The notes under the pieces were generated by a model that was given only the letters and a program-made list of their open reading frames with translations, searched no databases and had not been told where the DNA came from. This document shows, piece by piece, positions 63,487 through 64,000 of a stretch of DNA of 64,000 nt. This DNA is from an uncultured Chloroflexia bacterium. GTDB taxonomy: Bacteria > Chloroflexota > Anaerolineae > Anaerolineales > UBA4823. Made by a program: the position numbers and the translations under genes. The stretch lies in the NCBI GenBank assembly GCA_963828845.1, contig CAWHGE010000016.1:12302-76301 (forward strand), written 5' to 3'. Position 1 is the first letter of the stretch; each line of letters opens with the position of its first letter.

Positions 63487-64000
63487 ATGAGTTGCTTATT
63501 CGGGATTGCCGGAGTACAAATGCAAGTTGTGTCTTTCAATGCACATGGCACAATCGATAAAATGGCAGAAATTACCACCAACTTAACAAAGTCATTCCCA
63601 TGGGTGCAGCTAATCATGTTCCACGAGTTGGTTGTGCCTGCTCAAGATTCATTCGTCACACCAAAGGATCGTGATTGGAGGTTAAAGAATTCCGAACCTA
63701 TCCCCGGGGATCTATCAGAACGATTATGCTCACTGGCGCAAAGCCTGAAACGGTGGTTAATACCCGGCACGATGTACGAGCTGGATGGTGACAAACTGTA
63801 TAATACGGCTTTGGTCATATCACCTCAAGGTGAGATCGTACGTAAATATCGCAAGATGTTCCCCTGGTTGCCTTATGAGGATGGAGTTACCCCGGGGGAT
63901 GAGTTTTGTGTGTTCGATATCCCGGATGTCGGACGTTTTGGCCTGTGCATTTGTTATGATATGTGGTTCCCAGAAGTGACGCGCACACTAGTTTGGCAGG
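63487..64000 (+). CDS. carbon-nitrogen hydrolase (nitrilase superfamily), 3' end outside window
   Basis: My own translation from the ATG at 63487 is open to the window end. It reads MSCLFGIAGVQMQV..IMFHELV..YRKMFPW..LCICYDMWFPE, matching the Glu-Lys-Cys triad context of the family. It is not in the supplied track because it runs off the edge. Confidence 0.75.
   Translation, partial: MSCLFGIAGVQMQVVSFNAHGTIDKMAEITTNLTKSFPWVQLIMFHELVVPAQDSFVTPKDRDWRLKNSEPIPGDLSERLCSLAQSLKRWLIPGTMYELDGDKLYNTALVISPQGEIVRKYRKMFPWLPYEDGVTPGDEFCVFDIPDVGRFGLCICYDMWFPEVTRTLVWQ

Overview
64-kb chromosomal segment. The gene content suggests a Chloroflexota-like bacterium: alternative complex III beside a caa3 oxidase, Thr/Pro-rich linkers in exported proteins, and zinc-ribbon/PP2C signalling proteins. 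This taxonomic call is inference only, and every call here rests on motif recognition by eye with no database search.

Contents, left to right:
- 1-16 kb: a two-component system, a BNR-repeat protein, nagA, a zinc-ribbon/pseudokinase/PP2C protein with small membrane partners, YbaK-like, MFS, patatin, UbiA and DJ-1 genes.
- 16.3-30.3 kb: an aerobic respiratory block. It holds a c-type cytochrome, actEDCBA and a dihaem cytochrome on the minus strand. These are divergent from coxB-coxA-subunit IV-coxC-SCO-hypothetical-SURF1 on the plus strand.
- 30.4-35.8 kb: PPK2, an NhaP-type antiporter, a shortened LacI-family regulator coupled to a UPF0316 protein, and a HEAT-repeat protein.
- 35.9-54.5 kb: an accessory-looking stretch. 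It carries tRNA-Val(CAC), a GC-richer beta-helix exoprotein, small Cys-rich and SH3 proteins, a TPR lytic transglycosylase, methyltransferases, GNAT, VOC, MenG/UbiE plus a second UbiA, an ABC-F ATPase, DinB, and an ECF sigma factor. It also has several long non-coding gaps containing two families of inverted dispersed repeats.
- 54.5-64 kb: a 1.1-kaa STAND-TPR-SARP regulator divergent from a peptide-type ABC importer operon that ends in a nitrilase-superfamily gene, which runs off the window.

I saw no rRNA, CRISPR array, transposase, integrase or recognisable defence system.

Most notable observations:
1. Reading-frame breaks are extremely dense in 1-2.5 kb and 10.9-30.3 kb and almost absent elsewhere.
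2. An identical CG-centred palindrome sits in the spacer of two promoters that flank the LacI-family gene.
3. Two repeat families occur in inverted orientation around 34.9/53.9 kb and 40.0/53.4 kb, with structure-preserving substitution patterns.

Four-base ATGA stop/start overlaps are common. They join RR-HK, MFS-YbaK, ActD-ActE, SCO and the next gene, LacI-UPF0316, and permease-ATPase.
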